This document shows positions 25,191-26,891 of a stretch of DNA of 26,891 nucleotides, one piece after another. Source of the DNA: Candidatus Rokuibacteriota bacterium (GTDB lineage: Bacteria > Methylomirabilota > Methylomirabilia > Rokubacteriales > DASRDR01). The notes under the pieces were generated by a model. It saw nothing but the letters and a program-made list of their open reading frames with translations. It searched no databases and was not told where the DNA came from. Location of the stretch: the NCBI GenBank assembly GCA_044866005.1, contig JBIOTN010000201.1, forward strand, positions 1-26,891, in the 5' to 3' direction. Each line of letters starts with the position of its first letter. Position 1 is the stretch's first letter. Both the position numbers and the translations under genes were made by a program.

Positions 25191-26396
25191 GTGACGGGCT
25201 TGCTCAGCGAGCTGCCGCGCGACCAGGTCGAGCTGGTCTTCGCCCAGCTCAACGGGCTTCTCCGCCTGGCCGGTCTCTACCCGCCGCGGCATCCTCAGAT
25301 CCAGCGCGCGCAGCAGAGCTTCCTCCAGGCGGTCGCCGGCTGTCTGGAGAAGCAGAGCGCGCTCGAGTACCGGTTCCTCGGCGACCTGTTGATCGCCGGC
25401 AGCCGGATCCTGCCGCGGGAGAGCATGATGTACCGCCGGTTCCTCGAGGTGTGCCAGACCGAGCGCCGGATCGGCGGCATCGTGTTCCACCACGGCGTGA
25501 CGGAGGCCGAGGTCGAGGCGCTGGTGGAGATCCTGAGCACCGGGACGGCGGCCGACGTCCCGACGTGGGCGCAGCGGAAGAACGTCGCCCACATCGTGCT
25601 GGAGGAGCCGGCGAAGCGCGAGGAGCAGACGAGCGAGGTGATGGCCCGCCGCGCCTACTTCGGCGCGGTCGAGGTGCTCCGCACCGTGGAGGCCGGGATC
25701 CTACGGGGCGAGCCGGTCACGGCGGAGCAGCTCTCGTCGCTGCGCGTCCTGACCTCCACGATCCTCGAGCAGATCCTGTCCGACCCCTCGCTCGTCCTGC
25801 GACTGGCCAACATCAAGTCTTACGACGAGTACACGCTCTACCACTCGGTGAACGTGTGCGTGCTCTCGATCAGCATCGGGCTCGCGCTGGGGCTGCCGGA
25901 CTCGGACCTCCGCGAGCTCGCGGTCGCGGCCATCCTGCACGACCTGGGGAAGATCACGATCCCGCTCGAGATCCTCCAGAAGAGCCGGCCCCTCGAGGAG
26001 TCGGAGTGGGCGGTGTTGCGGCGGTACCCGGTCCGCGGCGCCGACATGCTCGGCCGTCTCCCGGGCTTCAACCGGATCCCGATGATCGTCGCCTTCGAGC
26101 ACCAGGTCCGCGACGACCGGATGGGCTACCCGACCGTCCCGACGTCGTGGACCCTTCACCCCTTCAGCCAGATCGTCGGGGTCGCGGACGCCTACGACTC
26201 GATGACGACCCTCCGCAAGCACAAGCGCCCGCTCCCTGCGCTGCGCGCGCTCGCCGTGCTCCGCCAGGCCGGGCACCAGGCGTACGACGTGAGCCTGGTG
26301 CGCGTGCTGGAGCGGGTCATCCGCGCGACGCCGCCCGCGCCGGCGGCGGTCGGCACCCCGGTCTCTCCGGCGCCCGTCGCGCCGCAGGCGGGGTAG
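25191..26396 (+). CDS. HD-GYP domain protein (partly degenerate) with an N-terminal LYPxxHP domain
   Basis: YDEYTLYHSVNV, ILHDLGK, MGYP, VADAYDSMTT; GAGGAG SD before GTG. Confidence 0.88.
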   Translation: MTGLLSELPRDQVELVFAQLNGLLRLAGLYPPRHPQIQRAQQSFLQAVAGCLEKQSALEYRFLGDLLIAGSRILPRESMMYRRFLEVCQTERRIGGIVFHHGVTEAEVEALVEILSTGTAADVPTWAQRKNVAHIVLEEPAKREEQTSEVMARRAYFGAVEVLRTVEAGILRGEPVTAEQLSSLRVLTSTILEQILSDPSLVLRLANIKSYDEYTLYHSVNVCVLSISIGLALGLPDSDLRELAVAAILHDLGKITIPLEILQKSRPLEESEWAVLRRYPVRGADMLGRLPGFNRIPMIVAFEHQVRDDRMGYPTVPTSWTLHPFSQIVGVADAYDSMTTLRKHKRPLPALRALAVLRQAGHQAYDVSLVRVLERVIRATPPAPAAVGTPVSPAPVAPQAG

Positions 26397-26411
26397 GCGC
26401 TCGGCGGACGG

Positions 26412-26657
26412 TCAGGAGTTCCCGCCGAGCACCTCGACGCTCGGCAACCAGCCACGCGCCCGCGCGGTCAGGACCAGCTGGACGGAGTTCTTCGCCCCGC
26501 CCTTTCGCAGGAGGTTCTGCCGGAACACCTCGACCGTCTTCGGGCTGATCTGAAGACGGGTCGCGATCTCCTTCGACGTCCACCCCTCGGCCACCAGCTG
26601 GAGCACCTCGTTCTCGCGCGGCGTGAGGTCGCGCTCCTTCCTGGGCATCCTCAGCAT
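26412..26657 (-). CDS. Stand-alone LuxR/GerE-type HTH regulator
   Basis: LTPRENEVLQLVAEGWTSKEIATRLQISPKTVE...; no receiver domain; GGGAGG SD. Confidence 0.9.
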   Translation of the reverse strand: MLRMPRKERDLTPRENEVLQLVAEGWTSKEIATRLQISPKTVEVFRQNLLRKGGAKNSVQLVLTARARGWLPSVEVLGGNS

Positions 26658-26700
26658 CCTTCTTCCTCCCGGCCCGAATCCACGTGGGCCGCCGAGGGGA

Positions 26701-26718
26701 TGGCAAACAGGGTGCCAA
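26701..26718 (-). promoter_or_regulatory. sigma54 (-24/-12) promoter for the LuxR gene
   Basis: TTGGCACCCTGTTTGCCA on the minus strand: TGGCAC-N5-TTGC, about 45 nt upstream of the ATG. Confidence 0.7.
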
Positions 26719-26891
26719 GGGGCAGGATCCCGCTAAGTAGCGACGCGTATGGAGTTTCCGGTGCAGTCTGGCCGTGCGGGCCGGCGCGGCCAGGGAGGGC
26801 ATTTCCCGAGTCTCGGGTCGCCGCACCCGGCTCCCGCGCGACCCCGCCGACGTCGAGCGGCGCCCGCGGAGGGCCGCGGACGCCCCGCGCG

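Noticed and set aside
1..26891. CRISPR array, tRNA/rRNA, IS element, prophage or defence system
   Set aside because: No regularly spaced repeats, tRNA cloverleafs, transposase, integrase or phage-like ORFs were seen, and composition looks uniform.

Overview
Very GC-rich bacterial chromosomal segment. Gene content and style suggest Candidatus Rokubacteria/Methylomirabilota, which is an inference and was not tested. Most long ORFs in the six-frame track are GC shadow frames. About 27 real CDSs are supportable. From left to right: the 3' end of an unknown gene; ynfA; kdpE-kdpD (KdpD lacks its N-terminal domain and there is no kdpFABC) divergent from a KimA-type K+ transporter, with four phased KdpE-box-like repeats between them; a UGSC-motif selenoprotein split by an in-frame TGA followed by a SECIS-like hairpin; ilvD; a small secreted protein; a minus-strand run of two MaoC genes, a cis-prenyltransferase, a UgtP/MGDG-type glycosyltransferase and a polysaccharide deacetylase; futalosine menaquinone genes mqnE-mqnA-mqnC and mqnD, with a sigma54-preceded Zn-ribbon/ERR-repeat gene between them; an (R)-amine-transaminase-like class IV aminotransferase; a structured intergenic region with DnaA-box-like repeats; several small hypotheticals, one ending in a beta-clamp-motif-like QPSLF; mmsB; murQ-anmK; a HEAT-repeat + degenerate HD-GYP pair sharing an unnamed N-terminal domain; and a sigma54-preceded stand-alone LuxR HTH. 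No rRNA, tRNA, CRISPR array or transposase was seen. The best candidates for poorly described systems are the recoded UGSC selenoprotein, the KdpDE-KimA potassium module and the HEAT/HD-GYP pair.
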